Below are positions 41,376 to 54,583 of a stretch of 64,000 nt of DNA, piece after piece. Where the stretch lies: the NCBI RefSeq assembly GCF_009914755.1, contig NC_060926.1, one strand, 5' to 3'. Made by a program: the position numbers and the translations under genes. Every line of letters begins with the position of its first letter. Positions within the stretch are counted from its first letter, which is position 1. Source of the DNA: the human T2T-CHM13v2.0 reference genome, Homo sapiens. The notes beneath the pieces were generated by a model. That model did not search any database. It had not been told where the DNA came from and was given only the letters and a program-made list of their open reading frames with translations.

Positions 41376-42045
41376 TAGGATGTCACTTCGGGTCTATTGA
41401 TCTCTGCTACCCTGAAGCTTCCATCAGCTGGTCACAGACACCCCTCCAGGAGCCACCAGAATGGAGCAACGGTTCTTCCCTCTAACAATCTCTCAGGTAT
41501 TTGAAGATGACTATTATGCCTCTTGAATTCTGTTATGTTCTCTAGGATACACAGCATTGGTCACTCGCTTCTCTTAGGGTATTGCCTGGACTCTCTGACC
41601 CCTCCCCCCACCATGGTGAGTGTGCCTGAAAAATTCAACATCACACTCTGTATGTGCAGGATTAACACAAAGGAAAATGCAAATGATGCATCCTTGGTTC
41701 TAGGAGCTAAAGATCGCCACCCTCTATCAAAATATCATCTACATAAAAAACCAACCTACACGTCGCTGTGTTGCTAGGGTTCCATTTTTGTAAAAGGGTT
41801 ATATAGTCTTATACATGTGCATATTCATAGTTTTTAATATGCACCCCAAAAAAGCTTTCAAAAAGGTAAAGATCTAACTTTCCCCTGCTAGTGCATGTAG
41901 GTGTTGGGGCTGCGGGTAGGGACAAGGAATTGAGGAGTCTCACACTTCACACACTTCTATATTGACTGAAGTTTGTATAATATATAGTTACTTTACTATT
42001 TTAAGCTTAAGATATGAAATATTAACTTTTAAAAGGCATGCAATG

Positions 42046-42399
<354 letters not shown>

Positions 42400-43189
42400 C
42401 TACAGTAGAATCTGCAAGAAAACAAGCACTCAGCTAATAACTTTATTCTGAATGTAATGTTCAAGTTAGAATTCAACTCACGTTTTCTCCCCAAAAGGAC
42501 ATGAACATTTGAAATTTATGCTTCCCAGCTCCTACAGTGGTGTTCGGCAGCCAAGCAGTTTTTCACAGATGCCATGGGTAGGGTTCAATGGTCACTGTAC
42601 TCTTTACTTAGTGAGGGTGGCATTGTCATATTTCACCAGGCATGGCCAGGTTGCTGGGATGACACATCCAGCCGCTCTGAGCTTTGTTTGACCTTCTCCC
42701 AGCCTGCAGCCTTAAGAGGGAAATCAGACCAACCTATGACTTCTACAAACCCCTTCCACGGTGGCACCGTGCACTCACTTGGCCTCCTTATCTGGTTCTG
42801 AGGATGCTCAAAGGTGTTATGACTCCCACTGAACAGAACCTCGCATGAGAGGAGAGCACAAAGCCTCCATGCTGGCCCGGAGAAGCACACACATTAAGCT
42901 TTGCAGTTGACCAAAGGCACTCCCAAACACTCCCAGAGTTGACAAGTTATGGCACTGAACGCTTTCTGACTTAGTCTTTACAGAAGTTGTGATGTTGCTT
43001 GGACAGGTGGCATTTCATTTTTGCGGTGATGGAAGTTGAGATTCACGGAGAAGTGAATTGGCCAGGTCCATTCCACTGGCACTAACCTGTGTTCTTCCCA
43101 GCCCACTAGCATATATTGAACCAGAAAGTGAACAGTCTGGAGACTAATTCAAATACCACTGAGGGGGATGGGGGATTAAACTATCCCAT

Positions 43190-43740
43190 CGTTTATGGAA
43201 GTAATTTGGAAAATTAAAAATTCTCATGTCCTTTGACAAAGCATGTCTCTTCCAGGAATTTATCGTACAAACGTCCCCATGTATCGAAATGATACGTGTC
43301 TGTGCTATTCATTCTACTATTGTTTGCATTAGGAAAAATTGGAAACAATCTAAAGACCCTTTGCTAAGGAATATTTAAGTAAATTAATAAATTGAATCTA
43401 TGCAGCCTTTTAAAAAGAATGAAGCAGATTGATATGCCCCCATGTGGAATGAGCTCCTAGATGTCGCATTGGAGAAGGGAGAAAACCATTTGAAAAAGAA
43501 ACGTGTTGCTTTTGGGTGTAAAAAGCAAGGGATAAAGACAGTCATATTTAGAATATTTTATATGCTTGGACTCTCTAGAAGGTGAGGCAAGAAGTGGCAG
43601 CAGTGACTGCTACTAAAAAAGGGAGCCAGGGACATGGGGGTCTGGGGCCAACAGAAAAGGAACAAGCATTTACTTTCTACCCCTTCATCTCTTCTGAGAT
43701 CTGTACATTGTTTATGGTCTGTTTACATTTTAAAAATACG
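43190..43740 (+). mobile_element. Old L1ME/MC 3' fragment
   Basis: ttccaggaatttatc...aaaaattggaaacaatctaaa...tatgcagccttttaaaaagaatgaagcag. Confidence 0.65.
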
Positions 43741-43741
43741 T

Positions 43742-44045
43742 GGAGCATGGTGGCTCATGCCTGTAATCCCAGCATTTTGGGAGGCCGAGGCAGGTGAATC
43801 ATCTGAGGTCAGGACTTCAGGACCAGCTTGACCAACATGGTGAAACCCCATCTGTACTGAAACACAAAAACTAGCCAGGCGTGGTGGCATATGCCTGTAA
43901 TCCCAGCTACCTGGGAGGCTGAGACAGGAGAATTGCTTGTACCAGGCGGTGGAGGTTGCAGTGAGCCAGGATCACGCTAGTACACTCCAGCCTGGTGACA
44001 GAGTGAGACTCTGTCTCTAAATAAATAAATAAATAAATAAATAAA
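43742..44045 (+). mobile_element. Alu (AluS-like) with (TAAA)n tail
   Basis: Dimeric Alu. Confidence 0.94.
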
Positions 44046-44652
44046 GTTTTGGCCAGTCCACTTTGGCCAACTTTCCCAGACACACCTTTAGTTTCAGTGT
44101 ACTTGGAGTTGCTTTGCTACCAGGACTATGATGAAAGCAAAGAGGGGTCCAGAGAGACGTGACTGGAATCCTACTTCCAGAGAGAGATGAGTGGAATTTA
44201 TGTATGAGTTATGGCTAGATCATGGAATCTCAGCTTGGAACAGACCCTCATGTCCCGTTAACCAATCCCTGCCAGACAAATGAATTCCTTCCGTATACCC
44301 TGACCCTGACCATTGGCCTGAACACTTCCGTCTACAGAAGTCATGATGCCCGTTTCATGTTTTCCACAAGCATTCATGAGAAAGGCACATGAAAACACCT
44401 TGCTATGTGCCTGGCACACAACAGATGTTCAATAAATGGTGGCTCTGTTGAATGTGAATAATGCAAAACATTAGCTACTTGGAGGTAAAGCCTTCACACT
44501 CTTTTGGTATTCTGCCCATTTCACCTGTCACAAGCATTGCCTGTAGTGCTTTGTTGTTTTGCAGTGGCTTTATAATATTCTACTCATGGGGAACTGTCAT
44601 TGACTTATCTGCACATTTAGTCTGCTTTGAAATTTACAGAGAGAGATATATA

Positions 44653-45009
44653 CAGATGCTCCTCAACTCACAGTGGGATTCCATCCCAATAAACCCGTCG
44701 TAAGTTGACAATATCGTAAGTCAAAAATGCATTTTATGTCTCATCTAGCAAACATCATAGCTTAGCACAGCCTACCTTAAATGTGCACAGAACACTTACA
44801 TTAGCCTACAATTGGGCAAAATCCTCTAATGCAAAGCCATTTTATAATAAAGTGCTGAATTGCTCATGTAATTTATCAAATATTGTACCGAAAGTGAAAA
44901 ACAGAGTAGTTGTACAGGTGCCCAAAGTACAGTTTCCACTGTATTGCTTTCACACCATGGTAAAGTCAAAAAATTGTTCAGTTGAACCAAGATAGTCGAG
45001 AACCATCTG
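44653..45009 (+). mobile_element. MER47A (TcMar-Tigger), full length
   Basis: ta-cagatgctcctc...catcatagcttagc...cattagcctaca..ttgggcaaaatc...ccatctg-ta; terminal inverted repeats and TA TSD. Confidence 0.88.
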
Positions 45010-47198
45010 TACATAAATACAGATAAGCATCTTTTTGCACATAGTGTTATTTTTTAAATGTCTTTGTTTTAAGAACACAAATATCAGTCAAAAGAGTAAA
45101 CTTTGGGGGTGTGTTCATGAAAAATAGCACGTTGCTAAGCCATTGATATTCAGAGTCACCCGGTCTAAAAACCAAAGTCCAAAATAAATAGGGAGTTCAG
45201 CAAACATGAACATGAGCCAAACAGGAGCCCTGGCAAAAAGCTCTAAAGATTGGGCTGGATGAAAGGACCAGCTTCTATTTATATTATCAACCCACAAACC
45301 TTCTCGGACAACCAGAGCCCTGTCACATTTGGGGACCTTTATACAATATCTCAGCTAAAAGCAAAAATAGCAAAGAGCCTGGCATTTCAAAAGGATAAAG
45401 AGACACAGTGCCAAAATTCAGAAAGTTTTCATTTCATTCCATCCCCAAAGAAAAATGTATTATCTGTTGAGGCAGAAAGAGAATAGAATAGCATTTTGGA
45501 GACAGAAGAGTTGGTCGCCCCCACACCCTGGGCAGGAGCCTGGGGTAGAGGAGAGACAATGGCGGGTGACAATGAATGAGGTGGAGGGACCTGTCTGAGC
45601 CCCTGCATTCATAACTGTGAACCTCCTGAGCTTACTTTGAGAATTACATGAGTTGGGAGCGCTATAAATGCAGGCCCCCAGGATCACCTTCCTTCTGAAA
45701 TTAAACCTCCTTTTGTTGATGGGAGTCCCAAGGCCAGGGTGCTCTCAATGTAGACTCCATTCCTCCCTCCCCGCACATAATCTCTGTTTTCGGCACTGGC
45801 TTTTCCTTGCTCAGGAGGTTTCTTGGGTCTGTTGCTGTGGTCAGGGGCCCAGAGGAAAGCCAGCATCTGGGCTGCTATTCATCTCCTCACCATGGAATTC
45901 CCTCCTAATAAGGCTAAACTCGCAAGCAATGGCCAAAGAGGCAACAGAGTCTCTTTACTCACAGCCAGTCTGCGTAATTACGGCCTGATTACAGTCACCA
46001 GCACTTCCTCTGTGCAGAGCCTGTTCTAAGGGCTTTATGCGACCTTCTCCTGGGACCCTTGTAGCTGTCCTATGAGGTGGGCACAGATATGACCCTATTG
46101 TATTCATGAGGAAGCACCAGACACCCCTACTGCAGGGCTCTCAGGTAAGAGTTGAAATAAAACCCCTGGCTTAGGCTTAAAACAAAATCCTTGGACCAGC
46201 ATAGTCAAATCCCACAGGGGATGGAGAGAGGAGAAGGAAGGGCCCTGGGTCAGCACAGAAGGTCTGGGTCCTTCTGAAACTCCTCCTAGGTGTGTTCCAG
46301 AAGATGTGGAAAAAGAGACACCTGACTAGTCCTGCCCCAGGCGGCGGATTGCATCATGAGTTCAGGCCTGTTTGGCAGAAGAGTGAAGAGAGAGGCACCC
46401 AAAACGCAGCCCTGTGCTTCGTCTCATGACCACCTTGGGGCAAGGGGTGGGGGACAGGTGGCCAAGCAATTAAGCAACTTACTGCTCAGACAAGAGAAAA
46501 GAGAGCAAAGGACATCAGGCAATGAGGAGAGGGCCTCCTCTTGCAGGACTGGTCTGCGTTCCTGTCGCCCCACTGAAATGCCTGTCCTTTTTGATAGGGC
46601 CCAATCTTGTCATTGTGCAGCCCAACTGCTCGTGGAATGCCGGGGCCAGGGCAGATGCCCAATAGGCATTTGCCAGCCGACGAAAACCAGATAATTACTG
46701 AGTTTGAAGAACTGCTCACTGACTGAACTCTAAGCATGACCCTGCCGCTGGCTGTGGTGAGGATGCATGTGTGGCCCCTGCCACCACCAGCATCAGCTAC
46801 AGGACCCCGACTCCCCGTCTCGCTTTTCTGCTTCTCAGCCCCCACTAACCTCACAGCATCCATATCTCCCCCACATGCTCTCAGTCCCATCCCATAAGCC
46901 CTACTTGCGTTCACCTCCTCGGCCACCTTCCCATTGTACAGCTGGGAAAACTGAGACAAAACTCACCCAAGGACTGTCATGCTGACTTACTCTGGGGCCC
47001 CTGATGTGCAGTCCAGTGTCAGCCCTCTCCAGCCATAGGTGTGGGTGTGCCCCAGGCTCTGTCCACAGACTTTTCCCCATGTCCTCACCCCCAGCTGTCC
47101 TTATCTACACCTTCCAAAGCTGATGATGCCAAACATCAACCAAGCTCCAGAGACGCTCACATTTCTCGTGCCTGGGAGCTCTTCCTTCCCCTCTCAAA

Positions 47199-47199
<1 letters not shown>

Positions 47200-47235
<36 letters not shown>

Positions 47236-47257
47236 GACAAACAGACACACACACACA
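47200..47257 (+). repeat. (CA)n microsatellite, compound
   Basis: About 15 perfect CA units, then degenerate units. Confidence 0.93.
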
Positions 47258-49253
47258 ATTTCTCAGGTTGGGGAAAAGGAGGAGGGGCTTTATTCCTCTT
47301 GGGCCTGTGGACTCTGGGTTTTCTAATACCTCTTGTCCATGTCTTATGATACGGCCACAGGCTTTGTAGCAACAGAAATCCAAGGTCAAATCCTAATGCT
47401 GCTTCTTCACTCAGGTAGGCATATTACCAAATGTTTTTGATGCTCAGTTACTTCATCTCATCTGCAAATTTGGGGTAACTAGTCTTGTGTGATAGGGTTT
47501 CTTTTTAGGGTTAAACAGGATTGTAAATATGAAGGTGCTTAGCAGAGTTTCTAGCCCGAAGCCCGTCTTCAATCAGTCATTTCTCTTCCCTTCTCAGCAG
47601 CTGTAGCAGGGGAGGGCTGCCTGCCGTTGTCACCCCAGGAGGCCCCAGTTCCAGACAGCAGTTGAAAATGAACCTGTTGTAGCCCTGAAAGATTCCTTCT
47701 GCCCACTCAGATCATGGTGGCCTCTCTCAGTGCACCCAAAATCTTGGAGTCCTAATTCATTCTCCTTGCCACACTCAACTTCTACACAATGGGCTGCCCC
47801 TTTTCTTTCATCCTTTGCTAGGAATGTTTTGGAAAGGAAGTACTTTGAAATACAATCTGACCCACTCTCCCAGGTCAGGCTTGGGGGTATAAATATAGAA
47901 CAAATCTCAAGGGCAGATATTTTCACAAGCATCAGAAATTTTAATTTGCATTCTTTGGAGACCTCAGAACTACTACTCACTATCTAAATTTCTCAATTTC
48001 ACTTTACTTTTTTAATCAAATATTGCTCTTCATCCTAGTGGGAGGCCTCTGGCTTTTAAACATGACCCAGTGCTTCCCTTTTCCATAGAGACCCAGATAT
48101 CAAAACCATAACTGCTGGCGTCTCAACTGTGCCCTCATTTTAAAATCCATAGAGTCATCAGGTTTGGACTCAGTGACGCCCTGATGGAAGAATATCTGTA
48201 ACCCAGCATCTGATCACTGAATATCACTGCATAGTGATATTCAATGAATATTAGTTTCTCGTTTCCTCTCTTCTCCTTTCAGACCATGGCATCTTTTCCT
48301 ATCTGTTGTCTTACAGAAGGGTTGGGTGCTGAGTTCTAAAGCTTACTGGAAGAAGCCAAAGGGATTACACTTTTCCTTTTGTCTCTGTCACTCTATTTTC
48401 CCTTAAAGCTCAATTTCTAGATAAAACAGAAGGCATTGTGAAAAATTTTAAAGGAAGTCAGTAGTGTTCACTTCGGCATGCTGTTCCTACTGCAAAAAAA
48501 AAAAGAAAAAAACATCTAGTGGATTGCTTTAATTTTCATATATTTTCCCACTTAGCCTCTTCCTTTACCAGAAGGACCACCATTTAATTTGCTGTGACAC
48601 TCAAAGACCCCAGCATAAAAATATGCCTCTTGCCTCTGCTGATAACTGAAGAACTTCCAATGTGTGAGAAATCAAACGCCAGCAAGACAGCCTGGTCCTG
48701 AGCCTCACAGAGGCAGGAACCAGGCACGGATGCCTGCATCTCAGCACTATTTTTGTGAAAAAAAAAAAAAAAAATAGAAGAAGAAAAGAAAGCAAATTAA
48801 GACTACTTGGAGCACATCTTAGATGTTAATTTAGAAATTCGGCCGGTTGCACCACATGCCAGAGAAGCATAAATCTAAGCAGCATCTGGCTGACGGTTTA
48901 CTTCCCTGAGAACTCCAGATAATGAAGCACCTGATTTAAGCTCTCTTGGGGATAAATATATGGAGATTATGATTCTGTAGAAGAATCATAGATCAACCTG
49001 GATCTGGAAAGTGAAACCAGTGGAGATTCAGACGTTCATCAATTGTTGCATTTGGTGCATCTGAATCCTGGAGGTTATATGATTAAAATAGAAATGTTGT
49101 GCTAGGAAGAATTCTATGGAGAGCCAGGAAGGCTTGAGATTATTAAAAATTTATTTTTTAAAAAAGTAATGAGAAAGGAAGTCGCTCTGGGATTGAATGA
49201 ATGTCTAACTGGTTTTGTTTGTGATGCGCCTGGAGAATCCAGGACTGCCCAGG

Positions 49254-49654
49254 TGTGTTGGTCTGTTCTCGTGCTGCCATAAAGAAATATCTGAGGCCAG
49301 GCAATTTATAAAGAAAAGAGATTTAATTGGCTCACAGTTCTGCAGGCTGAACAAGCATGGTACCTGCATCTGCTCGGCTTCTGGTGAGGCCTCAGGGAGC
49401 TTTTACTCATGACAGAAGGCGAAGCAGAAGCAGGCATGTCACATGGTGAGAGCAGGAGCAAGACAGAGGAGGAAGGTGCCATACACCTTTAAACAGCCAG
49501 ATCTCAAGGGAACTCACTATTGCAAGGACAGAACCCAGACACTCAAGAAGGACCCACCCCCATGACCTCGACACCTTCCACCAGGCCCCATCTCCAACAC
49601 TCAGGATTACATTTCAACGTGAGATTTAGAGGGACAAACATCCAAACTCTGTCA
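49254..49654 (-). mobile_element. MSTA/B MaLR solo LTR
   Basis: atttataaagaaaagag..ttaattggctcacagttctgcaggctg...aaacatccaaactctgtca; TSD CCAGG. Confidence 0.9.
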
Positions 49655-49664
49655 CCAGGTATGC

Positions 49665-50172
49665 AAGCTTTAGCAGTCAACTGTTGCTACACAGCAAGCC
49701 ACCCCAAGATTTATTGATGTTTAACAACAACAGTTTATTGTTTTTCATGGGTCTATAAGGTGCTTGGGCACGGCCAGGCTGATCTCAGCTAGGCTTGCTC
49801 CACTGATGGGTCAGCTACAGGCTGATTGGTCTCTGACGTCTGTGGCTGGAACCCCACAGCTCTCCTCCATGTGGATCTCGACCTCCAGCAAGCTAGAATG
49901 GATTATTCTTGAGCTTGTGGCAGTGGGAGATTTCAAAGGTAATTAGAAGTGCCCACTGCCTCCTAAGGCCTAACTCAGAGCTAGCTTGCCTTCATTTCTG
50001 CCACACTCTACTGCCTAGAGCAAGGGACAAAGATAGTCCAGGTGCCAGGAATGAGAAACAGACTCCATCCCCCTACACACCCCCTGACAGGACAGTCTCC
50101 AAGGTCACATTGGAAAGGGCGTGCATACAGGAAGCAGCGGAGAGCTGCAGTCATTTTTGCAACCAACGTCAC
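49665..50172 (-). mobile_element. MLT1 (H/J-like) LTR
   Basis: ctgttgctacacagcaagccacccc...catttctgccacactcta...cagactcca...catttttgcaa. Confidence 0.65.
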
Positions 50173-50455
50173 AGGACTTCCACATCTGGTGTCTGAATAT
50201 TGTCACTTCAACAACTACTAAACTTTCTGCTGAAACATGGTAACTAGGAGGCAAATGCGACACCTGAGAGCTTGAAGAAGGAGAAGGAAGCATATAGACA
50301 CTGTGCAAACTACTTACAGGGCTCAGCTACCTGGAGAAGAGCAATCATATCCTTCAAGGTTGATAAGGAGAACGCAAACAGAATAAGGGACAAAAGCAAC
50401 CACAGTTCGACCACTCTCAGAGCACTGGGATAGAAAAGGTAACTTGAAAGGAGTG

Positions 50456-50874
50456 TAATATGGTTTGGATATTTGTACCTTTCAAATCTCATGTTGAAAT
50501 ATGATCCCCAATGTTGAAGGTGGGGCTTAATAGGAGGTGTGTTTGGGTCACAGGGACAGATCCCTCAGGAACGGCTTAGTGCCATCCTTGCTGTCATGAG
50601 TTCTTGCTCTATGAGTTCCCAAGAGCTGGTTTTTGAAAAGAGCCTGGCACCTCCTCCTCTCTCTCTCACTTCCTTCTTCTCTCATCATGTGACACCGACG
50701 CCCCCTTTGCCTTCTGCCATAATTGGAAGCTTCCTGAAGCCCTCATGCAGAAGCAGATTCTGGCAGCATGCTTTGTGTACAGCCTGCAGAACTCACGAGC
50801 CAATGAAACCTCTTTTCTTTATAAATCACCCAGCCTCAGGTATTTCTTTATAGCAACACAAATGGACTAAGACA
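50456..50874 (+). mobile_element. MSTB MaLR solo LTR
   Basis: atatggtttggatatttgt...aaagagcctggcacctcc...tatagcaacacaaatggactaagaca; TSD gagtg/gagta. Confidence 0.9.
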
Positions 50875-51880
50875 GAGTACTATAGTAGGGTTTGGTACAC
50901 AGCGTGGCTTTTTCCAACACACAAGATGTGAGAAATGCCTTTTTTTGGTATTTCAATGAAACAAGTGTCACATGCTCTCTGTATGCCACCAGCACTGAAC
51001 TGATGGTAAATCCAGTGGCAGCCTTTTCTGAGTCTCCTTCCTCTACCCATGGAGCTGCCATTGTCCGGAAGCTGATATCTGTTTCTTCTCGTGTCCATGA
51101 CCACCAGTCACCTCTGACAGGCTCCATGTGTAAGCATAGACATGGGGATATCCATGCAGGCTGGAGTATTCTGAGCTTAGGGTCCAGCCATCCCTGGAAG
51201 CATCACCCCACCCTGCACCTGCCAGCTCCCTCATGCTGTGAAGAGCAAGGCAAGGTGCCCACAAGTCCTGAGACACAAAAGCCTCTGCCCCCTTTCCCAA
51301 CTTGGGCAAAGCTCTTGGCCACATTCCACCCATGTCCCATGGCTCCCAAAGCCCCACATGACCTTTGGGCCATGCAGCTCAGCTCTTTTCTAAAACTTCT
51401 AAACTCCAACCTGGGTGCCAACGGAGTCCAGATTTTCTGGAACTTAAAGAAGAAAATGGTGATGGAGTTAAAGAGGGAGAAGAAAAATGTTTCTCTTTTT
51501 TCCTGACCCTTTCACAGAGGCAAAATAAAACATAAATTAATATTTCAATATATGATTCTGTCCCTTTTCAGCTTCTCTCTAAACTTGTCATCAGGGTAGC
51601 TAGCAAGAGGCAAGCTGGTCTGTTTCCTCACCATCTGCCCTGCCCTTTCCTCATTGAAAGACTTTGGAAGAGTCTCTAATGGGAACACTGGTGTCCCCTT
51701 CCCAGCTTCACCAAGGCACAACCCAGCACACACTTTCTTTCTTTCTTTTCCAATATAAAGAAACAATTAAAATCAGCTTAGCTCACAGCAAAACTAGCTT
51801 TTATTTAGCTTGTGCTTCCTTTTATAAAGCAGGTTCTTTCTTGAGCCTCACCAAAGTCCTGTGGGTGAGCCTTTTAAGGG

Positions 51881-52213
51881 ATATCCCATGGTGAAGCCAC
51901 CATCACCCCAATCAGGGCTGTCTTCATGATAACTTCTGAGTGACTGTGACCATTTCTCTACCCTGAAGGCCCCTTCAGCTCCTCAAACTCAATGCATCTA
52001 ATCCAAGAGTCTTTTACCCTGAAACCAGCTCCCCTTAGGGGTCTGACAACAGGACCTTCCTTCTCACTGGCATGAGACCTCAGGGCCCATCTGCCCTTCC
52101 TTCCTCTCTCACCAAGCCCAGAGTCCCTGTGATGCCTCACTGCCTTGGCTCACCCTTCTTTCCCATGCCCACGACCACAACCACATGCCTCTCCTCACAC
52201 CCTGATTCCTCAC
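51881..52213 (+). repeat. Donor copy of a 333-bp local duplication (second copy 53408-53740)
   Basis: Three substitutions seen; identical 60-aa ORFs at 51958 and 53485 in the ORF track. Confidence 0.97.
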
Positions 52214-52784
52214 AGGTCTGCCTGGTCACAGCTTCCATCCCTCTCTGCTCCAGTGCCTATGGGGAAGTGTCTGCTCTGGGGAGACTTTTGAGATTTAAAG
52301 GATCTAAGATGAGGAACTTGTGTGAGGAAGCCTCCATTTAAACAATTCGTTCACTACGGAGAGAGCCGGGAGAGGAGGAGTACCAGGTCGCCCTGCTGCA
52401 GGTCTGCAGTGCTGGTCCCACAGAGTGCAAGGAACACATGGAAAGAGCATTTGCTGAATCCAGATGTAAGAAGACTTATTGACTCCCATTCCCCTGCACA
52501 TCCCAGGCTGGCTCAGAAGGCACAATTCTGCACTCTGGTTGATATACTTCAGGGGCTCCCCATAACTTCCAAGATCAAGGCTAGAGATCTCAGGCCCCCA
52601 TTCAAAGACCTTCAAGGTATGGCTGCAATCTCCCTCTCTTAGGTTATCGCTCTCTATTCCTGCCTCTGGAGATTCCAATCTTTGTAATTAAAAACTCCTT
52701 TCACAATCCCCTGAGGGGTTTTAGGATTTTTTAAAATGATTTTTATTAATTTTTTATGATATTTGATAAAGAAATAATTTAGGC

Positions 52785-53140
52785 AATATCTTGTTGTATG
52801 CCATAGTAAATGCCATAGACTGAGTGGCTTATCCATAACAGTTTATTTATCACAGTTCTGGAGGGTGGGAACTCCAAGATTAAGTTCCTAGCAGATTCAG
52901 TGTCTGATGAGAATGCACTCCTGGGTTGATAGATGGTGACTTCATACTGTGTGCTCACGTGGTAGAGGGAGCACAGCAGCTCTCTGGGGCCTCTTTAATA
53001 AGAGTAGGAATGACATTCATGAGGGCTTTGTTCTCATGACCTAATCACCTCCCAAAGGCCTCACTTCCTAATATCATCATATTGGGGATTAGGTTCCAAC
53101 ATATGAATTCTCGAGGAACACAAATATTCAGACCATAACA
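52785..53140 (-). mobile_element. MLT1A/MLT1A0 MaLR solo LTR
   Basis: ccatagactgagtggctta...tcacagttctggagg...ctcatgacctaatcacctcccaaaggcc...ttcagaccataaca. Confidence 0.88.
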
Positions 53141-53208
53141 AGTAATATTCCTTACTTTACAACAAAGTATTCCTTACTTTAGATGAGTATATTATTAAAG
53201 ATTTATTA

Positions 53209-53875
53209 TGGGTCCACAGCTCCTTATCTGCAATGGCAAAATCCAAATGCTCTGGAAAACAAAAAGTGTTCTTTTCTACATTTGACGTAAATTTGTTTGT
53301 ATGCAAATCTGACCTTAACTAACATGAGGTTATTCAAAGTCTATATTTATCCTGCATGGTGTGAATATTCATAGGTTTCACTGTAGAGATATTAATGTAT
53401 TTAATTAATATCCCATGGTGAAGCCACCATCACCCCAATCAGGGCTGTCTTCATGATAACTTCTGAGTGACTGGGACCATTTCTCTACCCTGAAGGCCCC
53501 TTCAGCTCCTCAAACTCAATGCATCTAATCCAAGAGTCTTTTACCCTGAAACCAGCTCCCCTTAGGGGTCTGACAACAGGACCTTCCTTCTCACTGGCAT
53601 GAGACCTCAGGGCCCATCTGCCCTTCCTCCCTCTCTCACCAAGCCCAGAGTCCCTGTGATGCCTCACTGCCTTGGCTCACCCTTCTTTCCCATGCCCACC
53701 ACCACAACCACATGCCTCTCCTCACACCCTGATTCCTCACGGTCAGGCCTCAGACCTCACTAGGGAGTTTTACATAACATATGTTTTGTGCAGTGTATTG
53801 CTTTTTTAAAATCTCAAAAATTCTGAAATCTGAAATATCTGCCTTAAGATTTTTAACTAAGGGCTAATGGACTGG
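53209..53875 (+). mobile_element. MER46C (TcMar-Tigger) split by a 333-bp insert
   Basis: ggtccacagctccttatc...aaatccaaa...gtgtgaatattcata...atattaatgt | insert | cagacctcact...aaaaattctgaa...taagggctaatggac. Confidence 0.8.
53408..53740 (+). repeat. Inserted copy of 51881-52213
   Basis: About 99% identical, same orientation, 1527 bp downstream, no TSD or poly-A. Confidence 0.97.
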
Positions 53876-53977
53876 TACAAGTTTATTGCAATAAACTTTC
53901 AATAGTATTTTAAATATATCTTTTAAAATCTATAGGAACACCCTATGTAAAGTAATGCCAATCCCCACTCTCCCCTT

Positions 53978-54583
53978 ATATTGGTTTAAAAAATATGTCC
54001 ACAAGTTCTTTGCTATTTCTTCCTGCAAAAGGTGGAGATTAGTTCCCTTCCCTTTGTATATGAACTGAACTTGGAGACTCACTTCTAATGAACAGAAGAC
54101 AGCAAAAGTGATAGTATGCCATTTTCAAGATTAGGTTATAAAAAGACTGCAGCTTCCTTCTTGGACGCACACTCTCTCTTGCCCTCTTGCTCTTTCCCTT
54201 GGATCACCTGCTCTAGGATAAGGCAGCTGCTATGTTATGAGCTAATCAGTGAAGAGGCTCCAATGTTGAGGAACTGAAGGAGACCTTCCCCAACACCTAG
54301 CAAAGAGCTGAGCCCCTTAATCCAACAACCCATGAGAATCTCAGGCTTGTCAACAACCACATGGGTGAGTTTACAAGCAGATCCTTCAGCCCCGGTTGAG
54401 CCTTAGATGAGATCTCAGCCAGGGGCAACAGCTGGACTGAAGCTTCATAAAAGCCCTTGAGTCAGAACCACCCAGTTAAGCCTGTCCCATATTCTGGGTC
54501 ACAGAAACTGAGATAATAGATGTTTGTTGTTTAAAGTTACTAAGTTTGGGATTATTTGTTACACTGCAATAGATAACTGACAC
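53978..54583 (+). mobile_element. MLT1F-like MaLR solo LTR
   Basis: aaaatatgtccacaagttcttt...aacaaccacatgggtgag...cagaaactgagataatagatgtttgttgtttaaag...gcaatagataactgaca. Confidence 0.8.

Noticed and set aside
49254-50874. Two MST LTRs as the ends of one provirus
   Set aside because: Opposite orientations, each with its own TSD, and an MLT1 rather than internal sequence between them; these are independent solo LTRs.
50892-51506. Longest ORF (204 aa)
   Set aside because: Non-ATG start, no recognisable domain, composition like translated non-coding DNA, no exon-structure support.
51958-53667. Two identical 60-aa ORFs suggesting a duplicated small gene
   Set aside because: Identity simply reflects the 333-bp DNA duplication; no independent evidence of coding.
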